Source of the DNA: Acidobacteriota bacterium | GTDB lineage: Bacteria; Acidobacteriota; Terriglobia; Terriglobales; Acidobacteriaceae | Direction: 5' to 3' | DNA: 64,000 nt | Assembly (NCBI GenBank): GCA_021846275.1 | Contig: JAJZBZ010000004.1 | Coordinates: 230,413 to 294,412 of the forward strand | In this document: piece after piece, positions 37,082 to 46,320 of the stretch | Numbering within the stretch: the stretch's first letter is position 1 | How the letters are laid out: every line of letters begins with the position of its first letter | Made by a program: the position numbers and the translations under genes | Notes under the pieces: generated by a model | Seen by the model: only the letters and a program-made list of their open reading frames with translations | The model's database searches: none | What the model was told of the DNA's origin: nothing

Positions 37082-38833
37082 TCATCGCGCCGCGCTATCC
37101 GCGCTGCTGGCGGCGTTGCCGGCGGCATAACCGGCGGCGTAGACCACCTTGCCGCCAACCACCGTCTCCAGCACGCGCGTGCCCAGAATCGCCTTCGCCG
37201 GAATGGTCGTCAGATCGCGATCCAGCAGAATGTAGTCGGCCTCGAATCCCGGTGCCAGTTGCCCCTTGCGCTGCTCGGCCAGTTCCGCATAAGCCGACCC
37301 CTGCGTGTAGGCGTAGAGAGCCTGCGCGCGCGTCAGCACCTCCGCCGGATACCAGCTCTTCGTCCCCGCTTCATTCATGCGCGTCACCGCGCAGTAGAGG
37401 CCGCGAAACGGCGTGATCGGCTCGACCGGGTAATCCGTGCCAAAGGCAAGCGGCACGCCCGCGTCGAGAAACGTCTTCCAGCCATAGGAACGCGCCGAGC
37501 GCTCCGGGCCGAGCCGCGCCATCGCCCAGTTCATGTCGGTCAGCAGATGGTTCGGCTGCATCGACGCAATCACGCCCAGAGACTGGAAACGCGCCACATC
37601 CGCGGGATTGACCACCTGTGCGTGCTCCACGCGATCCCGCATGCCCGTCGAGACCAGCTTGCCGCCGCCAATCGGCTGGCTGAATGCTGTGAGAGCCATC
37701 GCCGTTGCCCGATCGCCAATCGCGTGGAAGCCGATGCGGAAGCCCGCGCGCGCACGTTCCACGGCCATCGCGTTCAGATTCTCCTGCGTAAACCGCGCCA
37801 GCCCGCTGTTGCCCGGATCATCGCTGTAAGGCTGCTCCAGCGCCGCCGTGCGCGAGCCAAGCGAGCCGTCCATGAATCCCTTCAGCATCGCCGTATGCAG
37901 CATCGGATCATTCGGGTCGTGGTGGGCGCGATGCGCGATCAACACCGGCAGCGGATCGACAAACGGCAGCCACTCGCTGATGCGCACGCGCAGCCTGCCC
38001 TCGCGCTCCAGTTGCTCGTAGTTGAGAAAATCCTGCCACGAGGAGAAATCCTGCACGCTGGTCAGCCCGTGGCTCACGGCGTCATCAATCGCCAGCTCAT
38101 CGCCGCGCATGCTGAAGGCGGCAGACGGCGGCGGAATCACTTTTTCCACCAGCTCGGTGGCCGTGTCGCGAATGATTCCCGTCGGCTCTCCGCGCGCGTC
38201 CAGATCAATCGCCCCGCCGCGCGGAGGTTTCGTTGCGCCAGTAATGCCGGCAGCCTTCAGCGCAGCCGTGTTGGCCACGGCAATATGCCCATCGACGCGA
38301 TAGAGAAACGCGGGATGCCCGTCGCTCACCGCGTCCAGTTCCTCGCGCGTCGGCAGTGCCTGATCCCTCCACAGCGTGTGATCCCATCCGCCGCCCAGCA
38401 GCCACGCGCCCGGCTCCGCCGTACGCGCATACGCGGCAACTCGCTGCATCATCTCCGCGCGCGACTGCGCTCCGGTCGCGTCCACGCTCAGCTTCTGCCG
38501 TCCCGCGTCGCCCATGTGCGTGTGCGCATCGTTCAGCCCAGGCATCACGAAGACGCCGGTGTGCGCGCTGTCCAGATTCCGTTCCTCGGTCTGCGGCCCG
38601 GCCAGCCTGCGAATCTCCGCGTCGCTGCCCACGGCGACCACCTTGCCGTCGCGAACCGCCATCGCGCTCACGATCTGCATCCGGCCCTTGTCCAGGCCCA
38701 CGCCGGTCAGGATCCGTCCGCTGTAAAGAATCACGTCGGGCGCGTGCGATTGCGCCGCGCCGCTCGCAGCCCAACTCGTCGCGCAAAGCCCTGCGCAAAG
38801 GCCGAGAATCAGTATTTGTTTCCAGTTCCGCAT
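37082..38833 (-). CDS. Amidohydrolase family protein (Amidohydro_3 / YtcJ-like), secreted
   Basis: Signal peptide MRNWKQILILGLCAGLCATSWAASGA. MPGLNDAHTHM, FHAIGDRA, RVEHAQ and AFGTDYPVEP are the metal-ligand blocks of this TIM-barrel family. Confidence 0.85.
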   Translation of the reverse strand: MRNWKQILILGLCAGLCATSWAASGAAQSHAPDVILYSGRILTGVGLDKGRMQIVSAMAVRDGKVVAVGSDAEIRRLAGPQTEERNLDSAHTGVFVMPGLNDAHTHMGDAGRQKLSVDATGAQSRAEMMQRVAAYARTAEPGAWLLGGGWDHTLWRDQALPTREELDAVSDGHPAFLYRVDGHIAVANTAALKAAGITGATKPPRGGAIDLDARGEPTGIIRDTATELVEKVIPPPSAAFSMRGDELAIDDAVSHGLTSVQDFSSWQDFLNYEQLEREGRLRVRISEWLPFVDPLPVLIAHRAHHDPNDPMLHTAMLKGFMDGSLGSRTAALEQPYSDDPGNSGLARFTQENLNAMAVERARAGFRIGFHAIGDRATAMALTAFSQPIGGGKLVSTGMRDRVEHAQVVNPADVARFQSLGVIASMQPNHLLTDMNWAMARLGPERSARSYGWKTFLDAGVPLAFGTDYPVEPITPFRGLYCAVTRMNEAGTKSWYPAEVLTRAQALYAYTQGSAYAELAEQRKGQLAPGFEADYILLDRDLTTIPAKAILGTRVLETVVGGKVVYAAGYAAGNAASSADSAAR

Positions 38834-38893
38834 GCGCGGAGTGTACCACGCGCGCGCTTGCCAGGGCCGTGGAAACTCCGACTGCCAGTGGCA

Positions 38894-39403
38894 TCAATCC
38901 GTCAGCGTCAGCAGCGTCGGCCTCAGGCTCCCGTCGGCCTCCACATCCAGCCACGCGCAGCTCACGGGCAGGCGAAACCGTCGCGGTCCGCACGCGCCGG
39001 GATTCAAAAAGAGCACACCGTTCCGCCACTCGACCAGCGGCTTGTGCGAGTGTCCACTGAGCACGGCGGCAAAGCCCGCAGCCTCGGGCTTCAGGTCCAG
39101 TTGCTCACGGTCGTGCAGCAGATAGAACATCACCTCGCGCTCGCTCACAATCTCCGTCTCCGGCAGTTCAGCGCAGCGACCAGCTCGGTCCACATTCCCA
39201 CGCACCGCCGTCAGCGGCGCAATCTCGGCGAGCGCATCCAGAATCGCATCGTCGCCCACATCGCCCAGATGCAGAATCCGCGCGCAGCCCCGCATCGCCC
39301 GGAGCATTTCCTCGCGCAGCAGCCCGTGCGTATCGGAAACAACACCAATGCGCAGAGTGCCGTCGCCAGCCGCGTCGCTTCGGTCTTCTCTGGTCCGGCT
39401 CAC
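38894..39403 (-). CDS. Metallophosphoesterase (YfcE / MJ0936 family)
   Basis: IGVVSDTHG, LHLGDV, VRGNVD and SGHSHKP are calcineurin-like phosphoesterase motifs. The GTG start overlaps the upstream stop (GTGA). Confidence 0.85.
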   Translation of the reverse strand: MSRTREDRSDAAGDGTLRIGVVSDTHGLLREEMLRAMRGCARILHLGDVGDDAILDALAEIAPLTAVRGNVDRAGRCAELPETEIVSEREVMFYLLHDREQLDLKPEAAGFAAVLSGHSHKPLVEWRNGVLFLNPGACGPRRFRLPVSCAWLDVEADGSLRPTLLTLTD

Positions 39404-40332
39404 AGCCCAAGCTCCAGCCGCGTGCGAGGGTCCAGCAGATCGCGCAGGGCGTCGCCCACAAAGTTGAAGCTGAGCACGGCGAGTGCAATCGCCAGGGCAG
39501 GGAAGAGAACCAGATGCGGCGAGTCGAACAGGTGCGTCCGCGCGTCGTTCAGCATCGCGCCCCAGCTTGGCGCGGGAGCGGGGATGCCCAGTCCCAGAAA
39601 CGAAAGCGTCGCCTCAGCCAGAATCACGCCGCCCATGCTGATCGTCGCCTGCACCAGCAGTGGCTGCGCGATATTGGGCACGATGTGGCGAAAGAAGAGC
39701 CGCAGCCCGCCCGCGCCCAGCGCCCGCGATGCCTCCACAAACTCGCGCCCGCGCACGGCCAGCACCTGTGCCCGCACCAGACGCGCATATCCGGCCCAGC
39801 CGCCAATCGCCAGCGCCAGAATGAGATTCTCCAGCCCCGAGCCAAGAAACGCGGCAAAGGCGATCGCCAGCAGAATTCCCGGCAGCGCCAGAAACGTGTT
39901 CATCGCAGCCACCGTCAGCGCCGTGTCGATCCATCCGCCAAAGTAACCCGCCACGCCGCCAACCACCAGCCCCAGCGCCGCCGAAATTCCGACAACCGAA
40001 ACCGAGACCACCAGCGAAAGTCGAGCGCCCCACAGCAGACGGCTGAGCGTGTCGCGGCCCAGCTCGTCGGTGCCGCACCAGTGCGCCGTCGACGGCCCCT
40101 GCAGCCGGTGTAACAGATCGATTGCCGCCGGATTGGCAGGCGCAATCCACGGTGCCAGCAGCGCGCAGAGCACAAAGCCCAGCAGCATGGCTGCGCCCAC
40201 CGCTCCCAGCGGCTGGCGTCGCAAGCGCTCCACCAGCCACGCGCGCTCCGGCAGCCACGCGCGCTCCGGCAACTGCGCTGATTCCGGTTGCTGCGCCGGT
40301 TTTGTCTCCGCCATTTGCTCGCCGGCTCCCAT
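39400..40332 (-). CDS. ABC transporter permease, DppC/OppC (peptide/nickel) type
   Basis: LLAPWIAPANP...GTDELGRDTLSRLLWGARLSL... and the EAA-like loop REFVEASRALGAGGLRLFFRHIVPN. No partner permease, ATPase or SBP lies adjacent. Confidence 0.9.
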   Translation of the reverse strand: MGAGEQMAETKPAQQPESAQLPERAWLPERAWLVERLRRQPLGAVGAAMLLGFVLCALLAPWIAPANPAAIDLLHRLQGPSTAHWCGTDELGRDTLSRLLWGARLSLVVSVSVVGISAALGLVVGGVAGYFGGWIDTALTVAAMNTFLALPGILLAIAFAAFLGSGLENLILALAIGGWAGYARLVRAQVLAVRGREFVEASRALGAGGLRLFFRHIVPNIAQPLLVQATISMGGVILAEATLSFLGLGIPAPAPSWGAMLNDARTHLFDSPHLVLFPALAIALAVLSFNFVGDALRDLLDPRTRLELGL

Positions 40333-40383
40333 CTGCTTCAGAATAGCGGCTGACGCGAAATTTCGCGCGAGAGCAGGCCGAGC

Positions 40384-41271
40384 GTGAACCGAATTCTACG
40401 AATCGCCTCCAGTATTTTCAACGGACTCTCATCGTCGGAAAAATTTCCGCCGGGAGGGATCAGGCGTCGCGGCATCGCGGTTGGCCTGTTGCTGCTCACC
40501 TCGGTTGTTGCCGCTTCCTCTGCGCTGCGAGCCGCCGCCAGCCAGCCTGACGCCGCTTCGGACCAACTCGTCGCTGCCGCTCATCAGCTTGCCTCGCTGG
40601 CCAATGCCTCTCGCGCACAGTCTGGTCTTGCTCCGCTTCAGTGGGATGCCGCGCTCGCAGCCGCCGCTCACGCGCACGCCCTTCGCATGGCCGCCGAAGG
40701 CCCCATCGCTCACCGTTACGGCGGCGAGCCTTCGCTGGCCGAGCGTGCCTCGGCTGCGGGTGCGCGCTTCGACCTCATTGAAGAGAACATCGCCATCGGC
40801 AACTCCGCGCAGCAGATTCATTCCCTCTGGATGCACTCCGCCGAGCATCACGCGAACATCATGAATCCTCCGATTGACCGCATCGGCGTAGCCATCGTCG
40901 CCGCGCGCGGCGTGCTTTACGCCGTGGCTGACTACGCCCGCGCCGTTCGCACGCTCAGCTTCGCCGAGCAGGAGAACGTGGTCGCGCAGCAGATCACGCA
41001 GCTTGGTCTGCCGCTCCGCTCCGGCACGGCCGCGCGCGATCAGGCCCGCGCCGCCTGCGCGGCCAGCTCCGGCGTTCCGTCCGCGCCCGGCCTTCAGCCG
41101 CTCTTCGTCATGCGCTGGCAGAGCGGCTCGCTCAACCAGTTGCCATCGGCGCTGGTCCAGCGCGCTCGCGGCTTCCACAGCGCGGCCGTCGGTGCCTGCG
41201 CGCCACGCGAGGCTTCCACGCAGGAGCAGGCAGCCTTCACTGCCTATCGCGTTGCCGTCCTGCTCTACTGA
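40384..41271 (+). CDS. CAP (SCP/PR1-like) domain protein, secreted
   Basis: Signal-like GIAVGLLLLTSVVAASSALRAAAS. NASRAQSGLAPLQWDAALAAAAHAHALRMA...HRYGGEPSLAER...ENIAIG...WMHSAEHHANIMNP is the bacterial CAP-domain pattern. The exact start (GTG 40384) is uncertain. Confidence 0.75.
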   Translation: MNRILRIASSIFNGLSSSEKFPPGGIRRRGIAVGLLLLTSVVAASSALRAAASQPDAASDQLVAAAHQLASLANASRAQSGLAPLQWDAALAAAAHAHALRMAAEGPIAHRYGGEPSLAERASAAGARFDLIEENIAIGNSAQQIHSLWMHSAEHHANIMNPPIDRIGVAIVAARGVLYAVADYARAVRTLSFAEQENVVAQQITQLGLPLRSGTAARDQARAACAASSGVPSAPGLQPLFVMRWQSGSLNQLPSALVQRARGFHSAAVGACAPREASTQEQAAFTAYRVAVLLY

Positions 41272-41366
41272 CGCTTTATCGATTCACGACCCAATTTGCG
41301 GCCTCGATCTGTGCGAACCACGGCTGGATTTTTGCCGCGTGAAATCCTGTTCTGCAAAATTCCCTA

Positions 41367-41394
41367 TTGCGCGTCCCCGTTTCCGGGTTAGAAT
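41367..41394 (+). promoter_or_regulatory. Candidate promoter upstream of the S53 peptidase gene
   Basis: TTGCGC (41367-41372), a 16-nt spacer, then TAGAAT (41389-41394). Sequence match only. Confidence 0.25.
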
Positions 41395-41485
41395 CCTGCC
41401 AGTATTCTCAACCGGAATTAGGAATCCGCCAGGTTTGCGGCGGTCCGATGGTTTTTTATCAGCCAGAAAGGTGACGCCTGCTCCC

Positions 41486-44400
41486 ATGACTCCGCGTGCC
41501 ATCCCCCGTTTGCTGTCTCTGTTGTTATCGCTTTCTGTCACATCCGTTCTATTCGCGCAAGCAGCGCCTGCGCCTCAGATCAACGCCAAAGTCAACGACG
41601 CCGAACGATTCATGCTTCCTGGCAGCGTCCACCCGGCGGCCACAGAAGCCAATGATCGCGGCGCCGTCGATCCCGCCACGCCGATGACCGACCTGATCCT
41701 CGTCCTGCGTCGATCTCCCGCGCAGCAGGCCGCGTTCGATGCTTACGTTGCCGACCAGTACGACCCGACTTCGCCGGACTTCCACCACTGGCTCGCGCCC
41801 GCCGAGGTCGGCCAGCGCTTTGGTCCAGCTCCTGCCGATATTGCCACCATCACGCAATGGCTCACCAGCCACGGCCTGCGCGTCGAGGGTGCCAGCAAGG
41901 ACCAGATGACGCTGCGCTTCAGCGGCACGGCGGCTCAGGTTAACGAAGCCTTCCGCACAAGCATCCATCGCCTCTCGGTCAACGGCGCGCAGCACATCGC
42001 CAACATGACCGCGCCCAGCATTCCCGCCGCGCTCGCGCCCGCCGTCGTCGGCGTCAAGGCGTTGCATGATTTCTTCGCGCGCCCAGCGCACCACCTCGGC
42101 GGCAAGGCAGTATTCGACCCTCACTCCGGCCACTGGACGCACCAGACGCCCGCGCTCATCTCCGGCGCGCAGCCAGATATGCGCGCCGCGCAGCAGCCCG
42201 CCACCCAGGCCAGCCAGCAGGTCGGCCAGCCCGTTCAGCCCGCGCCGCAGTTCGGCATCACCGTCGGCTCCGGCTCCAGCGCTTTCCAGATCGAAGACAT
42301 CGCTCCCTACGACTTCGCCACCATCTATAACGTCCTGCCGCTCTGGAATAACTCGATCGACGGCACCGGCCAGACGATCGCCATCGCCGGCACCAGCGAC
42401 ATCAATCCGAGTGACGTTGCCAGCTTTCGCAGCGTCTTCGGCCTGCCCGCCGGAACGCCGCCCAAAACCATCGTCGCCAACGGAGTCGATCCGGGAGCCT
42501 GCACCGGCACCACAGGCAGCTGCACCATCGACGACCAGATCGAAAACTCGCTCGATGTCGAGTGGTCCGGAGCCGTCGCCAAGGGCGCGCAGATCACCCT
42601 CGTCGTCGCCGGTCAGCAGTCCCAGACGACCGACACGCTCTTCACCGCCATTCAATACATCGTGGACAACCTGACCGCTCCGGTCATGAACGTCAGCTAC
42701 GGCGCCTGCGAGTTCGATCTCGGCACAGCCGGCAACACCGCGCTCAACGACGAGTGGGAGACGGCGGCCACCGAAGGCATCTCCGTCTTCGTCGCCGCCG
42801 GTGACTCCGGCTCGGCAAGCTGCGACCAGGATCTTGCCACCAGCCTGCCTTACGGCGCGCTCTTCGGCACCACCGTCAGCGGATTCGCCTCCACACCCTA
42901 CAACACCGCCGTCGGCGGCACGGACTTCAACTGGGGCACGACCGCCTCGCCCTACTGGAGCACCAGCAACAACTCCACCACCGGTGCCAGCGCGCTCAAC
43001 TACATCCCGGAAATCCCCTGGAACGACACCTGTACAAACCCCGTCATTCTCTCCGTGCTGCAAAGCTACGCCACGCAGCTTCAAAAAGAAGGCAACACCG
43101 TCACCAGCCCCACTGACGCCGAGTCCGCCTGCAACTTCGTCAACCAGTGGTATAAGACCATCTACACCAACACCAATCAGCAGGTGAATCTCTCGTTCCT
43201 CATTGACACAATCGGCGGCAGCGGCGGAGCCAGTGGCTGCACCACCAGCAACAGCCAGTCCACCACATCCTGCGCCGGAGGCTACGCCAAACCCTCCTGG
43301 CAGGCTGGCGTCACCGGCATTCCCTCCGACGGCAAGCGCGATCTGCCCGACGTTTCCTTCTTTGCCTCGAATGGCTTCCTCGGCAGCGCCTATCTGATCT
43401 GCGTCTCGGCCAACGGCACCTGCGTCAGCTCCACCTCGCAGTCCACGGAGCCAATCGGTGAAGAGGTCGGCGGCACGTCCGTCTCCTCGCCCGCCATGGC
43501 CGGCGTCATGGCCATGATCAACCAGAAAACAGGCGCGCCGCAGGGACTGCCCAACGCTGAACTCTATCGCCTCGCTGCAAAGCAGACCTACTCCGGCTGT
43601 CGCAGTGAAAGCCTGACCACCAGCACCAGTTGCTACTTCAACGACATCGACACCGGCACCAACGCCATGCCCTGCGACGCAGGCTCGCCGGATTGCACCG
43701 TCTCCACCAGCGGCGACACTTACGGCGTGCTCAATGGCTACAGCGCAGGCACTGGCTTTGACAACGCCAGCGGCCTCGGCTCGCTCAACGTCTACAACGT
43801 CGTCAGCGCCTGGACATCGCCGCTCGGCAGCGGCACGGCCACGCTCATGCTCACCCCCTCAGCCTCGACCATCCAGCTTGGCCAGTCGCTCACCGTTCAG
43901 GTCGCGGTCTCGGCCAGCGGCACAGCGCCCACCGGAACCGTCTCGCTCACCGGCCCCGGCATCACCGCCCAGGCCGAGCCGCTCACCAGCGGCAGTTACG
44001 TCTTCAGCGTCGCCTCCGGATCACTGCCCGTAGGCGCGAATACGCTCACCGTCAGCTACTCCGGCGATGCGAACTACGCGCTTGCCGCGCAGACCGTCGT
44101 CATCAACGTCACCAAGCTCACGCCCACGCTCAAGCTCACGCCCAACTCGACCACCATTACAGGCAACCAGCAGTTCACCATCAGTGGAGCGGTCACCGAC
44201 GCAAGCTCCGGCTCTATCGCCGCGCCCACCGGAACCATCAGCTTCTCCGGCGGCGGACTCACCTTCCAGAGCTGCACGCTCACCTCCGGCTCCTGCACGC
44301 CCACCTACACGGGCACGCTCACCAACGGGACGGACACCATCACGGCCAACTACTCCGGTGACAGCAACTACAACTCCGCCACGGCTTCCGTGCAGATCAC

Positions 44401-45568
44401 CGCCAACATCCTCACACCCACCGTCGCTGTCAAACTGCTCACCACCTCGCTCACCACCACCACCGCGGCGCAGGTTCAGGTTACTGTTACGGGATCCGGA
44501 GCAACACCCACAGGCAGTGTCACGCTGACGGAGAATACCCTGGCCGGCCAAGCCGCCATGTCCGACACTCTTGCATCCGGTGCATACACGTTCACTCTTC
44601 CAGCCGGATTTCTCGCGGGAGGTTCCGGCACTTTGAACGCCAGCTATACAGGCGACTCTAATTATGGTTCCGGCAGCAGCTCCGTTACCATTCAGGTCAG
44701 CTTCGCCACCACGAGTTTGACGGTTATGCCCGCGCAAACCAGTGTCGCGGCCAACGCAACGGTCAATGTCAACGTCACTACAACTGCCGTCGCGGGAATC
44801 ACTCCGACCGGCAACATATCCCTCACGGCAGGGGCATTCACCAGTCAGGGCGGCGTTCTGAAGAACGGATCAGCTTCATTCATCATCCCGGCAAACACCT
44901 TCACAGCCGGAACGCAGAGCATCTCTGTCCAGTACGCCGGTGATATGCACTACAGCCCGACATCGGCAACGGCCACGATCTCAATCACACCCTCGACGGC
45001 CACTTACAGCCTCAGCGCCTCGTCGCTCGGCTCCATCAACACAGGCTCCTCCGGCGCATCCACCATCACCGTTTCTTCCACCAGCGGCTACACCGGCTCC
45101 GTCGCATTGAGCTGCGCGCTCACCGCCTCGCCCAGCGGTGCCACCACGCTGCCCACCTGCTCGGCCTCGACCACGCCCATTGCCCTCAGCGGCACCACCA
45201 CCAGCGGCACCGGCACGGTCACCATCAGCACCACCACAACCACCACGGCCAACCTCCAACCGCCAGCCGCGCCCTTTGGTTCCGCCTCACGCGTACTCCT
45301 CGGCGGCCTCGCGCTCGGCGTGCTCGCATTCTTCACCATCCCGGCACGTCGTCGCGCCTGGCGCTCGCTGCTCGGCTGCCTGTTTTTGCTGGCCACGCTC
45401 GTCGGTGGAGTCGCCTCCTGCGGCGGCGGCGGAAGCAGCAGTGGCACCGGAGGCGGTGGCGGTGGCGGCGGAGTCACTTCCGGCTCCTACACCTTTACCG
45501 TCACCGGCACCGGCACGCCAGCCATCACGCCCACGCCGACCACCACCATCACCGTCACCATCAACTGA
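41486..45568 (+). CDS. S53 (sedolisin/kumamolisin-like) serine peptidase with pro-domain, four Ig-like repeats and a hydrophobic/Gly-rich C-terminal module
   Basis: ATG 41486 inside ORF 41003..45568. Signal peptide MTPRAIPRLLSLLLSLSVTSVLFAQA, a pro-kumamolisin-like activation region, GTGQTIAIAG, VFVAAGDSGS and GGTSVSSPAMAG (catalytic Ser block). Then about 95-aa repeats each ending ...Y(S/T/A)GD(A/S/M)(N/H)Y. Confidence 0.85.
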   Translation: MTPRAIPRLLSLLLSLSVTSVLFAQAAPAPQINAKVNDAERFMLPGSVHPAATEANDRGAVDPATPMTDLILVLRRSPAQQAAFDAYVADQYDPTSPDFHHWLAPAEVGQRFGPAPADIATITQWLTSHGLRVEGASKDQMTLRFSGTAAQVNEAFRTSIHRLSVNGAQHIANMTAPSIPAALAPAVVGVKALHDFFARPAHHLGGKAVFDPHSGHWTHQTPALISGAQPDMRAAQQPATQASQQVGQPVQPAPQFGITVGSGSSAFQIEDIAPYDFATIYNVLPLWNNSIDGTGQTIAIAGTSDINPSDVASFRSVFGLPAGTPPKTIVANGVDPGACTGTTGSCTIDDQIENSLDVEWSGAVAKGAQITLVVAGQQSQTTDTLFTAIQYIVDNLTAPVMNVSYGACEFDLGTAGNTALNDEWETAATEGISVFVAAGDSGSASCDQDLATSLPYGALFGTTVSGFASTPYNTAVGGTDFNWGTTASPYWSTSNNSTTGASALNYIPEIPWNDTCTNPVILSVLQSYATQLQKEGNTVTSPTDAESACNFVNQWYKTIYTNTNQQVNLSFLIDTIGGSGGASGCTTSNSQSTTSCAGGYAKPSWQAGVTGIPSDGKRDLPDVSFFASNGFLGSAYLICVSANGTCVSSTSQSTEPIGEEVGGTSVSSPAMAGVMAMINQKTGAPQGLPNAELYRLAAKQTYSGCRSESLTTSTSCYFNDIDTGTNAMPCDAGSPDCTVSTSGDTYGVLNGYSAGTGFDNASGLGSLNVYNVVSAWTSPLGSGTATLMLTPSASTIQLGQSLTVQVAVSASGTAPTGTVSLTGPGITAQAEPLTSGSYVFSVASGSLPVGANTLTVSYSGDANYALAAQTVVINVTKLTPTLKLTPNSTTITGNQQFTISGAVTDASSGSIAAPTGTISFSGGGLTFQSCTLTSGSCTPTYTGTLTNGTDTITANYSGDSNYNSATASVQITANILTPTVAVKLLTTSLTTTTAAQVQVTVTGSGATPTGSVTLTENTLAGQAAMSDTLASGAYTFTLPAGFLAGGSGTLNASYTGDSNYGSGSSSVTIQVSFATTSLTVMPAQTSVAANATVNVNVTTTAVAGITPTGNISLTAGAFTSQGGVLKNGSASFIIPANTFTAGTQSISVQYAGDMHYSPTSATATISITPSTATYSLSASSLGSINTGSSGASTITVSSTSGYTGSVALSCALTASPSGATTLPTCSASTTPIALSGTTTSGTGTVTISTTTTTTANLQPPAAPFGSASRVLLGGLALGVLAFFTIPARRRAWRSLLGCLFLLATLVGGVASCGGGGSSSGTGGGGGGGGVTSGSYTFTVTGTGTPAITPTPTTTITVTIN

Positions 45569-45585
45569 CGGCGCACAAAAACAGC

Positions 45586-45617
45586 AGCGGGAGACGCCAG
45601 AGCGTCTCCCGCTTTTT
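45586..45617 (+). terminator. Rho-independent terminator
   Basis: agcgggagacgc-caga-gcgtctcccgct followed by TTTT, 18 nt after the stop. Confidence 0.85.
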
Positions 45618-45636
45618 GCTTCGGTTCTGTTTTGTT

Positions 45637-46218
45637 TTACGCCTGCCGCCCCGCCAACTCGCGCAAAGCCTCCGCCGGTCCGCCTTCGCCCGGCTTCGTC
45701 GGCTCCATGCGCAGCGCGTTGTTGAAGCGGTTGAAGTAGTTGAACAGCCCGATCGAGCACAGCAATTCGACAATCTCGCCTTCGGAAAAATGCTCGCTCA
45801 GTTCGGCGAATTGCTCGTCGCTCAGCGCATTCGCATTGCGCGTCACCGTCTCGGCCAGTCGCAGCGCGGCCTTTTCGCGCTCCGTGAAATCTCCGCGCTC
45901 CGGCCACTCCGCCAGATGCGTCAACTGCTCGTCCGTCCATCCCAGCTTTCGCGCCAGCGTCGTATGCGAAGCGAGGCAGTACGGTGTCTCGTTGATCTGC
46001 GAAGTGCGCACGATAATCAGTTCCTTCAGCGCCGTCGAAACCGTGCCCGTATTCAGCACGGCGGCGAAGTGCGCCATCATCGTGCGAAATATCTCAGGCC
46101 GATGCGCCATCGTGCGAAACATATTCGGAACATTGCCGCGCTGCGCAAAAATCTCGTCATACAGCGTGACCATCTCGGGCGAGACCTCACTGCGCTCCAC
46201 TCGTCGAATTCTGGACAT
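45637..46218 (-). CDS. Carboxymuconolactone decarboxylase (AhpD-like) family protein
   Basis: AGGAGGAG sits 6 nt before ATG 46218. LKELIIVRTSQINETPYCLASHTTLARKLG is the CMD-domain core motif. Confidence 0.85.
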   Translation of the reverse strand: MSRIRRVERSEVSPEMVTLYDEIFAQRGNVPNMFRTMAHRPEIFRTMMAHFAAVLNTGTVSTALKELIIVRTSQINETPYCLASHTTLARKLGWTDEQLTHLAEWPERGDFTEREKAALRLAETVTRNANALSDEQFAELSEHFSEGEIVELLCSIGLFNYFNRFNNALRMEPTKPGEGGPAEALRELAGRQA

Positions 46219-46320
46219 TGCATTCTCCTCCTGCGCGTCACACTCATCTTAAGTTTCTCCCGCGCCGGAGGCAAATCTCCGCCGCTTTGGTGCCGTGACC
46301 GGCAGCGTATACTCGACTCG

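Noticed and set aside
36953-39946. A 997-aa ORF on the + strand, the longest non-annotated ORF in the track.
   Set aside because: It runs antisense across four minus-strand genes that have clear family motifs (EamA, amidohydrolase, phosphoesterase, DppC permease). Its translation is Arg/Ala/His/Gln-rich with no recognisable domain. This is typical of stop-poor antisense frames in high-GC DNA.
41003-41485. A 161-codon N-terminal extension of the S53 peptidase ORF.
   Set aside because: It overlaps the 3' end of the CAP-domain gene in another frame and is Arg/Pro/Ser-rich. A clean signal peptide begins at ATG 41486.
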